This document shows positions 8,894 through 17,749 of a DNA stretch of 64,000 nucleotides, piece after piece. Numbering within the stretch: position 1 is the first letter of the stretch; the number at the start of each line of letters is the position of its first letter. Both the position numbers and the translations under genes were made by a program. Origin of the DNA: an uncultured virus (IMG/VR IMGVR_UViG_3300013306_000447) (lineage: Duplodnaviria; Heunggongvirae; Uroviricota; Caudoviricetes); the IMG/VR virus record IMGVR_UViG_3300013306_000447. One strand, 5' to 3'. The notes under the pieces are model-generated. The model was not told the DNA's origin. It saw only the letters and a list, made by a program, of their open reading frames with translations, and did no database searches.

Positions 8894-10875
8894 CCCGGTA
8901 CCGCCATGTTCATCATGTTTTCCATCTCCAGCTGAGTCATAGGCTTGCTGTTGTGGATCTCGACTTTCTCCACGTGCGTGCCCCTGTTCTGGCTGCTGTT
9001 GTTGTTCTGAATGCTGGTCAGCAGACCGCCCTGGGGCACGGCGTTGGGCCGCGCCGGCGACAGGCTTGGAATGGCCGCATTGATAGACTGTTGGGCTTTC
9101 TGCGCCGCTGCCGAGCCGTCCACGGTGTTGACGCCAATGTCGGTACCGGGCACTTCGGGCATCGCGCCGAATTTCGTCTCGATGTCGACGCCGGGGATCT
9201 TGTTCAGCATCTCGATCAGGCCGTTGATCGCCGTGTGGAAGATCGCGACGATGCCGTCCCAGGCTGCCTTGGCCATGCCGCTCCAGCCGCCCATGGACGC
9301 GAACCATTCCGACAGCGCAGTCAGTTGATCGCTGATCCACTTGAACGCCTCGGTGTCCATCAGTGCTGACGTCCAATCGTCCCAGTAGTAGATGGCGACG
9401 CCGACCAGCGCGACCAGCGCGGCGATCCCCATAACGATGACGCCGATCGGGTTGGCGGTCAGGGCCACGTTGACCAACCAGATCGCGCCCTGCCACAGCA
9501 GCATGGCCGTGCGAATGATCCCCATCGTCGTGTACAGCAGCGTCAGGCCCGCCACGTACACAGCGATGACGGCCACCTGCAGCAGGAAGCCGGCGACGGC
9601 GCGCAGATTGAGCAACTGCACCACTTTCCAGACGGTCACGATGGCCAGCCAGGCCATGCGCCCGGCGCCGACGGCGAAGGTCAGCAGTGACATGGCGGCA
9701 ATGAGCGCGAAAATCGTCAGCGTGACAATGCCGATCACCCGCGTGATGTTGGGGAACATCTGGGTCCAGCGGGTCATGGTGCCGGCGATACCAGACAGCT
9801 TGGCCATCAGCGGAGTCAGAATTGGGATCAGTGCCTGGCCGAAGGCAATGCGCAGCGCCTCGACCGCCGCCGCGAACTGCTGCCACGGGTCGACCATGGC
9901 CTTGGCCATGTTCTCGGCGTCCTCGAGGCCGCGCACCTTGCCCAGTTTGTCCATGCCGTTGCGTAGGCGATCGGTGTCCTTGGCCAGGGAGGTGATGACC
10001 TGAGCCCCTTCCCCGCCAAACGCGTCCATCAACTTGGTGGCGGCCGACGCGCTGGTTAGGTCGCCAAGCTTGCCCTGCAGCTTTTCCATGATCTGCAGCA
10101 TGGGCAACGCTTTGCCATTGGAGTCGGTGAACTTCACCCCCATCTTTTCGGAAGCGGCGCCGAGGTTTTCGAAGAACGCCTTGTAGCGCCCGCCAGCGTC
10201 GCCACCTTCCATGGTGCTGCTCAGCGAGCCGATCACCGCGAACTGCTCGGCGATATCCACGCCGGCGGCGGTAGCGATCGAGCCTACTTCCTTGAACGCG
10301 TCCTTGAGCTGGGCGCCGTCCGTGCGGAACAGTTGCACCGCCAGGGCGGTTTGTCCGCCCAGCTTTTCAACCCATTCGCCCTTGCCCATTGCGTCCGCCT
10401 GGCCCTTGAACAGGTTGTACATGGTGCCCACGTAGGCGCCCATGGTGTCGGCGTCGGATTTGGTGGCCTTGGCCAGCAGGTTGCTGGTGTTGGTGAAGGT
10501 GGCCAACTGGCTGCCGGTCAGGCCCTTGATCGCGCCCTCGATTGTGTAGGCCGACGCGACGAAATCCCGGGCGTTTTCGCCGTAGGCCACCGAAAATTCC
10601 AGGGATTTTTGGTTCAGCGCCTGCAGGGCGTCTTCGGCCACGCCCAAGGATTTGACCTCGCCCAGGGCGCGGTTCATTTCCAGGGCGGGCTGCAGGGATT
10701 CATTGATGGCGACAAATCCACCGGTGACGCCCGCCAAGCCCATACCCATGGTCTTGATGTTCTTTTCGCTTTGCTCGGTCAGCTCGGAAAAGCCCATTTT
10801 CACCTTGCCCAGGGGTGCGGTGACCTTGTCGGTCAGGGCCAGGATGAAATCGAGGCGGGCGCTGCGGTCAGCCAT
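8890..10875 (-). CDS. Tail tape measure protein
   Basis: 661 aa, helical with hydrophobic C-half and ANPIG motif; follows chaperone genes. Confidence 0.9.
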   Translation of the reverse strand: MADRSARLDFILALTDKVTAPLGKVKMGFSELTEQSEKNIKTMGMGLAGVTGGFVAINESLQPALEMNRALGEVKSLGVAEDALQALNQKSLEFSVAYGENARDFVASAYTIEGAIKGLTGSQLATFTNTSNLLAKATKSDADTMGAYVGTMYNLFKGQADAMGKGEWVEKLGGQTALAVQLFRTDGAQLKDAFKEVGSIATAAGVDIAEQFAVIGSLSSTMEGGDAGGRYKAFFENLGAASEKMGVKFTDSNGKALPMLQIMEKLQGKLGDLTSASAATKLMDAFGGEGAQVITSLAKDTDRLRNGMDKLGKVRGLEDAENMAKAMVDPWQQFAAAVEALRIAFGQALIPILTPLMAKLSGIAGTMTRWTQMFPNITRVIGIVTLTIFALIAAMSLLTFAVGAGRMAWLAIVTVWKVVQLLNLRAVAGFLLQVAVIAVYVAGLTLLYTTMGIIRTAMLLWQGAIWLVNVALTANPIGVIVMGIAALVALVGVAIYYWDDWTSALMDTEAFKWISDQLTALSEWFASMGGWSGMAKAAWDGIVAIFHTAINGLIEMLNKIPGVDIETKFGAMPEVPGTDIGVNTVDGSAAAQKAQQSINAAIPSLSPARPNAVPQGGLLTSIQNNNSSQNRGTHVEKVEIHNSKPMTQLEMENMMNMAVPG

Positions 10876-10881
10876 GTGGTC

Positions 10882-11076
10882 CTATCCATTCAAGGCGTGG
10901 GCGATGCCGTTGGCTACGGCGAACTCCATGCGCTTCCAGTGTTCGTCTTCCAGCCACTTGGCCGTGCCCATGTTTTCAATGCTGGGCTCGGCACCGGGTA
11001 GCCAGCGCCTGGTCAGGGCCATCAGCTGGCCCAGACCGTCCTCGGTCAGGCGGTCAGCGTGCTCGAGGGCTTTTTT
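10882..11076 (-). CDS. Tail assembly chaperone, -1 frameshift extension (gpGT-like)
   Basis: Open 65-codon frame entered at slippery A-AAA-AAG (11070..11076): KKALEHADRL...AHALNG*. Confidence 0.75.
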   Translation of the reverse strand, partial: KKALEHADRLTEDGLGQLMALTRRWLPGAEPSIENMGTAKWLEDEHWKRMEFAVANGIAHALNG

Positions 11077-11333
11077 ACGATGATCTCGACGTCAGGCGCG
11101 TACTCCTCGAGGAGCGTGCCGGCGATCTGCATGGTCATCACAGGGTTGGCCAGAAGCTCGCGCAGTTCGGCCTTTTGTGCCGGCAACACGGTGCTGCTCA
11201 GCAGGTTGAAGGACGGCGCGACCTTGTTGTTGGCGGTCATGGCGTTGAAGTACTTGGTCACGTCCTGGGGCGACAGGGTGAAAGAAAACTCTTTAGCGCC
11301 GACTTCCAGGGTGATTTCGCGGGATTGGGTCAT
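11046..11333 (-). CDS. Tail assembly chaperone (gpG-like)
   Basis: 95 aa upstream of tape measure with slippery site near 3' end. Confidence 0.8.
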   Translation of the reverse strand: MTQSREITLEVGAKEFSFTLSPQDVTKYFNAMTANNKVAPSFNLLSSTVLPAQKAELRELLANPVMTMQIAGTLLEEYAPDVEIIVKKPSSTLTA

Positions 11334-11587
11334 GTTCTTTTCCGTTGTGGGGGTTGGTTAAAAAGGTGCTGCAGCCGCTGTTCCAGGCGGTCCTCCAGCT
11401 TTTCCATGGCCTTATCGATGTGCTCGGCCCGCACGTAGCGTTCGGCGACCTCGATGCGGAACTCCAGGTGCTCGCGGCGGGCCGCGCTGATCTGTTTGAA
11501 GAGGTACACCTGAAAGCCCGCGACACCGGTCAACACCAGCTCGGTCAGCATCAGCAGTACGCTCACGGTCATGGATGAAAGTTCCAT
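11330..11587 (-). CDS. Single-TM membrane protein, putative holin or lysis accessory
   Basis: N-terminal hydrophobic helix then charged coiled coil; in lysis cluster. Confidence 0.5.
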   Translation of the reverse strand: MELSSMTVSVLLMLTELVLTGVAGFQVYLFKQISAARREHLEFRIEVAERYVRAEHIDKAMEKLEDRLEQRLQHLFNQPPQRKRT

Positions 11588-11588
11588 T

Positions 11589-11951
11589 TCATGCGCTCCA
11601 GTTGCCACGGCCGCCGATCCGGACAGCGGTGTAGATCAGCCAAGCCAAGGGCTTGTGCATGCCCTCCTCGAGCAGCGCTTCGTAGAAGATCCGATCAGCC
11701 TCGGCCTTGGTGAAACGGTGGGTCAGGCTCGTATAGATGTAGTCGTGTACGGTCGCCGGGCGCCGCGCCAGTTCGTCATCACGCGGCACCAGCCACCACA
11801 CCACACGTGGCGAGCTGGACAGATCCGTGCGAACGCCGGCAGGTACGGTTACCGGACGGCCGTCGAGGGTGATATAGAACAGCGGACGGACCAGATCCCA
11901 GGTGGCATGACCGTTCACAGCCTTGACGATCAGGTCACTCTTAAAGGGCAT
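11589..11951 (-). CDS. DUF1353-like protein
   Basis: VPAGVRTDLSSSP, VHDYIY, EADRIFYEAL, AVRIGG motifs. Confidence 0.75.
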   Translation of the reverse strand: MPFKSDLIVKAVNGHATWDLVRPLFYITLDGRPVTVPAGVRTDLSSSPRVVWWLVPRDDELARRPATVHDYIYTSLTHRFTKAEADRIFYEALLEEGMHKPLAWLIYTAVRIGGRGNWSA

Positions 11952-12156
11952 CGTCGGCGCACTCCACCCGGACCTTGTTCGGAGCAGTGTCAGCGGCGAT
12001 CTGGGTGCGCAACAGCAGCCGGGCAGGCGCCGGCGCTTTGCAGTAAGCCGACACCAGGGTGGACGCGCTGCGCGCAACCACCGCGTGGGTGTCGCTAAGC
12101 GCACAGCCGACCAAGCCCAGGGCCAGGAACACGGTCACAATCAACAGACGATTCAT
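11941..12156 (-). CDS. Small lipoprotein (lysis cluster)
   Basis: Signal peptide with lipobox LVG-C; two more Cys. Confidence 0.7.
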   Translation of the reverse strand: MNRLLIVTVFLALGLVGCALSDTHAVVARSASTLVSAYCKAPAPARLLLRTQIAADTAPNKVRVECADDAL

Positions 12157-12549
12157 TCAGTAGCTCCAAAGTGCAGGGCTTGGCAGGCGTCCGCCGATCG
12201 GCGCCCGTCCCAGGTGGATAAAGCGGGAATTGCCCTTCTGGCTGATGCCGATCCGGGTAAAGCCCAAGTTCAAGGCCTGCTGCAGCAGTTGCAGCGCCTC
12301 AGGACCGCGCACGCGCACGTCGACGGCCAGGCCCATGTTGTGTTCGCCGGGCTCGGCCTTTTTGGCCTCCTCCGGGTGCCGGCGGCAGCGGTAGGCGCTA
12401 CTCAAGGCCATGGGCTTGGCAAACTGCTCGCGCAGTTGCACCAGGTGCTGCATGAAGGTCGGATCCATCTCACTGCCGTCGCTGCCGCATTTGCCGCACT
12501 TGCAGCGCAGCTCAGCGGCCGAAAAGTACGGCCAGGTGGTGCTGGTCAT
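12157..12549 (-). CDS. Endolysin, peptidase M15 family
   Basis: SSAYRC, H-x6-D (HNMGLAVD), FIHLG zinc ligands. Confidence 0.85.
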   Translation of the reverse strand: MTSTTWPYFSAAELRCKCGKCGSDGSEMDPTFMQHLVQLREQFAKPMALSSAYRCRRHPEEAKKAEPGEHNMGLAVDVRVRGPEALQLLQQALNLGFTRIGISQKGNSRFIHLGRAPIGGRLPSPALWSY

Positions 12550-12758
12550 CGGCGTTTTCCTTGCTCGAAAAGGGATTGGCACGGGGTGCAACGAGTGATG
12601 CCACCCAGGGCCTGGCGCTGTTCCGGAATCGGGTTTTCGCACTCCAGGCAATCGCTGCGACTGGGCCCGATCGGACGTGCCCGGGCGAGCTGGGCGGCGA
12701 TCGCCTGATCACGCTGGCGTTGCTCCAGTGCCTGGGCACGATCGAACGGGCACACCAT
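12546..12758 (-). CDS. TraR/DksA C4 zinc-finger protein
   Basis: CLEC...IPEQR...RCTPCQ. Confidence 0.85.
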   Translation of the reverse strand: MVCPFDRAQALEQRQRDQAIAAQLARARPIGPSRSDCLECENPIPEQRQALGGITRCTPCQSLFEQGKRR

Positions 12759-13207
12759 CAGCGCAGGCCCTCGATCTCGGCTGCAGCCAGGTACGGCACG
12801 CCGTTGACGCGGATAAAGTCCGGGCTGGTGACCTCGAAAGGCACCTTGTGCTTGGATTTCTCGCCGCCTTTCGGATCGACACTGAGCAGGCTGGACACCT
12901 TCAACTTGCAGCCGAAGGCCTCGATGCGCAGCTCCTCTTCCCCTGCCTTGGCAAAGAACACCGAGTCGAAGGGCTCCAACTGGCGAAAGCTGCCGGCAGA
13001 ACGTGCGGCCTCGATCAGCAGGTTGAAGTTGCTGGTGTCGAACTCAAATTCACCGCTGGCTGCCACGTCGCCGTCGACATGGCCGTTCGGCACGCCACGG
13101 GTTTGCGCCACAGCGGTGTTGTCGGTGATATCCAGGGTGCAGCTTTCGACATGGATCTGGAGATCGCCCAGGTTGATGTCGAAGTTTTTACCGCCAATAC
13201 GGGACAT
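12758..13207 (-). CDS. Tail tube protein (HP1-type)
   Basis: 149 aa after sheath; FEVTSPDFIRVNGVPYL. Confidence 0.8.
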   Translation of the reverse strand: MSRIGGKNFDINLGDLQIHVESCTLDITDNTAVAQTRGVPNGHVDGDVAASGEFEFDTSNFNLLIEAARSAGSFRQLEPFDSVFFAKAGEEELRIEAFGCKLKVSSLLSVDPKGGEKSKHKVPFEVTSPDFIRVNGVPYLAAAEIEGLR

Positions 13208-13213
13208 ACGGGG

Positions 13214-14329
13214 TTACTCCGAATCGTCGTTGGAAAGATCCAGGGCGATGTTCGCCGTGAGGTCTTTCGGGCAGTTGAGGGGCTTGATCTTGATGTACAC
13301 CTCGACCTTGGTTTTGGTGATCCAGACCAGGACGATGTCGCCGTCCTTGGGCGCCTCGATCTCCCCAGGGAACACCTGGCCGGCGAAAGTTGCGGACTTG
13401 GCCATGATGCGCAGCGGCTTCATCAAGGCGCTGACAGCGGCCGCCATGCTGTTGGCGGTGTTGTTCAGGCGCCGGTCGGCAACGCGAAGGATCAGCAGCG
13501 GGCGTACCTGGCGGGCGGCCTTGTCGGCCAAACGCAGGTACTCAACCACCTGGAAGTCGCTCGCCGGCGCGTCAAGCATGTTGCCGTCGCCCCAGAACAC
13601 ACCCGGGTAGTCCGGATAAGTCTGCGAGACGGAGAAACGGGCCTTGTCGAGTTCCGAGCGGATGGCCGATGGCAGTGGCACGCCGTCGACGTCGCTGGGC
13701 ACGGGCCCCAGGCCCAGAACTGCACCGCTGGCCACGCGCATGGGGCTGTCGGCAATGCTGACCGCCGCATTGGCCAGGCGCCCAGCCAGAACACCCAGGT
13801 CATTGCCGTGCAACTGGGGCACGACCAGGACACGCGGCGCAGCCAGATCCTTGGTGATTGCCTTCTGTTCCGTCAGATAATCCGACCAGTCCTGCTGGGC
13901 AGTGATACCTACGGTGCTGGCCATCACAAACAGACGGCGCCCGTAGGTGTTGTTGATAGCAATCGCGGCGTCGTGCATCGCAGACAGTTCCGCTGCAGCT
14001 GTCACCGGTTTGGTGATCACCACTGCCTCGACGGAAAAACCCTGTTGCTGGGCCGTTTCGAGGGCATCGGACCAGTTGCCGTCTGCTGCGATCGGAGCCG
14101 CCAGGCACGCCCAGCGGTCGCCGCCGTTAAGGCGTGCTGCAGTGACCTGGGTTTTCAGATCACTGGGCGGAATGCCCAGCAACACGTCCAGGTCGCTGTC
14201 GGTGTTCAAGGGAATCAGGCTACCGACGCTTTTGGCGCCGGCGCCGATGAAAAGGAAATAGCGCTCGATCTCGGTCACGGCACCCTGGCCGAGGTTGAGA
14301 TTGTTTACGCTGACTTTGCCAAGTGCCAT
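13214..14329 (-). CDS. Tail sheath protein (HP1-type, DUF2586-like)
   Basis: MALGKVSVNNLNLGQG...YPDYPGVFWGDG. Confidence 0.85.
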   Translation of the reverse strand: MALGKVSVNNLNLGQGAVTEIERYFLFIGAGAKSVGSLIPLNTDSDLDVLLGIPPSDLKTQVTAARLNGGDRWACLAAPIAADGNWSDALETAQQQGFSVEAVVITKPVTAAAELSAMHDAAIAINNTYGRRLFVMASTVGITAQQDWSDYLTEQKAITKDLAAPRVLVVPQLHGNDLGVLAGRLANAAVSIADSPMRVASGAVLGLGPVPSDVDGVPLPSAIRSELDKARFSVSQTYPDYPGVFWGDGNMLDAPASDFQVVEYLRLADKAARQVRPLLILRVADRRLNNTANSMAAAVSALMKPLRIMAKSATFAGQVFPGEIEAPKDGDIVLVWITKTKVEVYIKIKPLNCPKDLTANIALDLSNDDSE

Positions 14330-14340
14330 GCAGTGCCTCG

Positions 14341-15021
14341 TTAGCGGGGAGAGTTGAGGATTTGTTGCAGCACCTGGTTAACCAGCAGGCTGGTGTCCCG
14401 GTCGGTGCTGACGCCCAGGAACTGGCGCTTGGGCAGGGTTATTTCCCAGCTTTGCGCGCCGGTGCCTTCGGCTTTTTCGTCGGACAGGATGCGAATCAGC
14501 AGCCCGGCCTTGGCGTAGTTCACGTGGTCTTGAATCCACGCTACGGACGGCCGTGTCAGGCTCTTTTTGCCAGCCTGGCGAACCTTGAAGCCCAGGCGGC
14601 GCAAGCGCTTGGCCTGCTTGTCGGTCGCTGCCAGGCCTTCCGGCACCCGGTTCCAGCGGCGCATCTGCGCGGCAGTCCGACGTTCGGAAACCCCATGGTG
14701 CTGTTGCGCAGCGACCCAACTGGTCAAGCCGTTACGCCAGCCCAGCGTCGCGCTGTCAGGGGTCAAGGCGGTGACCTGGAGCAACTTACCCAGGCCGGCC
14801 TCCATCTTCTTTTTGCCCTTGCCGTCGCCCTTGCGGGCCTCGAACGGCGAGCCGTCCAGGTTCTGCTGGTCGCGGATTCGCTTGCGACCCATAGTCCGGA
14901 TCCGCTTGCTGACGTTGTTGAGCAGGCGCCGGCGAAGTTGCGGCGGCATGTTCAGCAGGGCCAGTTGCTCCCGCACGCCCAAGTAGCCGCGGGCATCGAG
15001 TTCGAAGGTGCTACGCGCCAC
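14341..15021 (-). CDS. Virion morphogenesis / tail completion protein (gpS-like)
   Basis: QQNLDGSPFEARK and PKRQFLG motifs; GTG start. Confidence 0.8.
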   Translation of the reverse strand: MARSTFELDARGYLGVREQLALLNMPPQLRRRLLNNVSKRIRTMGRKRIRDQQNLDGSPFEARKGDGKGKKKMEAGLGKLLQVTALTPDSATLGWRNGLTSWVAAQQHHGVSERRTAAQMRRWNRVPEGLAATDKQAKRLRRLGFKVRQAGKKSLTRPSVAWIQDHVNYAKAGLLIRILSDEKAEGTGAQSWEITLPKRQFLGVSTDRDTSLLVNQVLQQILNSPR

Positions 15022-15454
15022 GGCTGCGCACCTCGCCCTGTTCGGCGGTCCAGAGGTCGAAGTCGACCAGGCCCCACGTCTTGCCGAAGGCCTCGACCTT
15101 GCCGTTGGGGTCTTCAGCCAGGTGCTGCGCTTCGACAAACTCCAGCGTCAGCTCGATATCGGCTTCGTCCTGGGTGACCTGGTCAATGGCAAAAGTCGGC
15201 GCCGGCAGATCGTCCCGATCGGAATCGTTGGACTCCAACCAGCCACCCAGCAACGCCATCAACAACGCCGGATTACCAGCGAACCGCTCGATCACCAGGA
15301 CTGCGCGATAGCGCATATCGCCCATATGCAGGCCCTTGGCTCCGGGTTTCCAGATCAGATCGAGGTTTACCGCTTCGGCAAAGCTGTCGATCAGCTCTTC
15401 CTGGACCAGCTGCTGCTCGATCAGGAAAGTGGTCAGGGCGCGCAGCTTGTTCAT
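15011..15454 (-). CDS. Tail completion protein (gpR-like)
   Basis: MNKLRALTTFL..., position after gpL. Confidence 0.75.
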   Translation of the reverse strand: MNKLRALTTFLIEQQLVQEELIDSFAEAVNLDLIWKPGAKGLHMGDMRYRAVLVIERFAGNPALLMALLGGWLESNDSDRDDLPAPTFAIDQVTQDEADIELTLEFVEAQHLAEDPNGKVEAFGKTWGLVDFDLWTAEQGEVRSRGA

Positions 15455-15912
15455 AGCAATGCCGCCGTGATGCGGCCACGGCCCTGCAGCGATCGCACAG
15501 CCTGTTGGCTGAAAGCCAGGAAGGTTTCCGGGCGCTCCGGTAATTCCTTGGCCAGGTTCTCGGCGCTTTCGCGACGAATGATGGTTGCGAACTGGGTCAG
15601 CAAGCTGGCCTTGGCACGGCAATACACGGCGCGCTTGTACGTCGCAGCTTGAAAGGTGCGCTCCGGCAGAACGGTGGTGTCTGCAGACTCAACGCTTGAC
15701 ACTCCAAGGCCCTGCCAGCGCGCTTTTAACTTGGCCAGGTCGGCGTTCACCTCGGTCATTGCCGTGGTTAGGTCAGCGCCCAGCATGTCCAGCAGATACT
15801 CAGCCGGCAGGCGATATCCCTTCTGGAACTCAGACACGGAGAGGTTCGGCCAAAAGCCGTCGTTCTCGATCTGTTGTTCCACCAGGGTGGTGGGTCTACC
15901 GGAAAAGCTCAT
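15451..15912 (-). CDS. Head completion/stabilisation protein (gpL-like)
   Basis: IENDGFWP and YKRAVYCRAKA motifs. Confidence 0.85.
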   Translation of the reverse strand: MSFSGRPTTLVEQQIENDGFWPNLSVSEFQKGYRLPAEYLLDMLGADLTTAMTEVNADLAKLKARWQGLGVSSVESADTTVLPERTFQAATYKRAVYCRAKASLLTQFATIIRRESAENLAKELPERPETFLAFSQQAVRSLQGRGRITAALL

Positions 15913-16009
15913 TGCTGGGCGCTCATATAGGGCGGGAAGCCTGTTTTTCGTGGGGCGGTCCATAAATGGTCGACACACGTCCACAGGTTCCCGCTGGGGG
16001 GGTAGTCGG

Positions 16010-16732
16010 TTATTCGGAAGGCGGTGTGGCCTGTTGTTTTTTCAGTGCGCGGCGGCAGTTCTCGATCCGCGTGTCCACGCCAACCTTGGGGTACAGCGTG
16101 GTGGCGCGTTCAAAGTGCAAAAGCGCGAGATCCCAGTCGTTGGCCTCCATGGCACGGATTCCAACCAACTTGTGGTACTTGGCAGGGATCTGCTCAGTCA
16201 GCTGCCATTCACCATCCACGCGGGACAACAGGTCCGACAGGTAGGGCTCGGGGCTGCGATTGGCGTTGTGCTCGGCGTAAGCCCACTCGCACACGGCATC
16301 AGCGACAAAGGTCTGGATGTCGCGGCGCTTGAAGCGCTCCGGCATCTGCTGACCCTGCTCAATGGCGACGTTGGCCAGCTCCAGCCCGTCCTCGAACTGC
16401 GCGGTGTCGAACAGCCAGACCATGACCTGCACCAGGACACGGTTCGGAAAGACCAGGCCCGACTCGCAGTAACGAGCGATGTAGTCCTGGTACTTGGGCA
16501 GCAGTTCGTCACGCTTCAACGATTGGCGTCCGGCTAGGCCGTTGATGGCGCTCAAACGCTCCAGATCCTGGTCCAGCGCTGCCTCCTGCAGCGCCAGGTG
16601 TTTACGGGCGTTGGCCGGGCTGCTCAGCGCCTCGGCCGGGGAGTACGCCACGCCGGCAGCAACGGACAGAGCCGCTACTGCTGCGACGCCCATGGCCAGG
16701 GTCCGGCGTTTGTGCGCCAGGGCCAGGCTCAC
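16010..16732 (-). CDS. Terminase small/endonuclease subunit (gpM-like)
   Basis: KRDELLPKY, VMVWLFDT, AKYHK, KVGV motifs. Confidence 0.85.
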   Translation of the reverse strand: MSLALAHKRRTLAMGVAAVAALSVAAGVAYSPAEALSSPANARKHLALQEAALDQDLERLSAINGLAGRQSLKRDELLPKYQDYIARYCESGLVFPNRVLVQVMVWLFDTAQFEDGLELANVAIEQGQQMPERFKRRDIQTFVADAVCEWAYAEHNANRSPEPYLSDLLSRVDGEWQLTEQIPAKYHKLVGIRAMEANDWDLALLHFERATTLYPKVGVDTRIENCRRALKKQQATPPSE

Positions 16733-17748
16733 GGCACCAGCTCCACGTTTTCGGTCAAGGCGATCTTTTCCAGCTGCTCGATCACGTAGCCTTCATTGCG
16801 GCTGTTGTAATCCTCGACGCGGGAGCGCTTCGGATTGTCGACCGTCTGCTTGCGCCAGCTGGAGTCCTGGAAGTAGATCGACAGGTTGTCCCAGCTGGTG
16901 ACCAGCACCGCGTTGACCGGGAAGTTCGGCACGCTGAAAGCCGGCAGACCGCCGTAGGTGGCAATGACCTGAGCGTCCTCGATCCGTTCTTTCTCGGTCG
17001 GGGTGTCGCCCTGCTTGGTGTAAAGCTTGGCCTTGTCGGCCGCCAGCAGGTCGGTGCCGATGATCGCCACCAGGTCACCGTCATCACGCAACGTTTCGTC
17101 GACCATCTGCTTGGTGTCATGCACCACAGCATCCAGGTTCGCGTAATCACCACCGACACCCAGCGTGACCTTGCCCGCTACAGCGCCTTCCTTGAGCACC
17201 TGTTGCGGCGCCTGTTCACGCAGTTGCTGCAGCCAGCCCTTGTTCACGTCCTGCAGCTTCGGATTGGCGACCAGGTCAGTCTGTGGTGCGGCGTGGGTGC
17301 CATGGAAGCCGACAACAATACGGTCCTGGGCAATACGCTTTTGCACAGCTGCGGAGTAGCGATCCTTGAAGTCCGGGAATTTCGCCCAGGCGTCGATCTT
17401 TGCGTATGGCAAGCCCACATCGGACTCGGTCGAAGCCAGCTCGTACAGACTGTTATCGAGCGCCGAAGCGTCCTTGGCTTCGCGATCGGTGGTTTTGGTG
17501 TTGGTGCGGCCGGTGACTGGGCCATTCACACCGATAAAGACCTTCTCGCCCTTGATCTCGCTGACCGGAACGACGTTGATGCGCTCAAGGAAATCAGCCT
17601 TGGCGGTGATCGCGTCGTTCAGTTCCTGGGCAATCGAAGGCTCGACGGTAAACATCTGGCTGGACTGCTCGACACCGTAAGTCTCGGCAATCGCTTCCTG
17701 CAGCTCGGCGTATTTCGCGGCGCCGTTGGCGCTCAGTGGCTGGGCCAT
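16729..17748 (-). CDS. Major capsid protein, P2 family (gpN-like)
   Basis: FTVEPS, IDAWAKF, LQDVNKGWLQ motifs. Confidence 0.95.
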   Translation of the reverse strand: MAQPLSANGAAKYAELQEAIAETYGVEQSSQMFTVEPSIAQELNDAITAKADFLERINVVPVSEIKGEKVFIGVNGPVTGRTNTKTTDREAKDASALDNSLYELASTESDVGLPYAKIDAWAKFPDFKDRYSAAVQKRIAQDRIVVGFHGTHAAPQTDLVANPKLQDVNKGWLQQLREQAPQQVLKEGAVAGKVTLGVGGDYANLDAVVHDTKQMVDETLRDDGDLVAIIGTDLLAADKAKLYTKQGDTPTEKERIEDAQVIATYGGLPAFSVPNFPVNAVLVTSWDNLSIYFQDSSWRKQTVDNPKRSRVEDYNSRNEGYVIEQLEKIALTENVELVP

Positions 17749-17749
17749 G

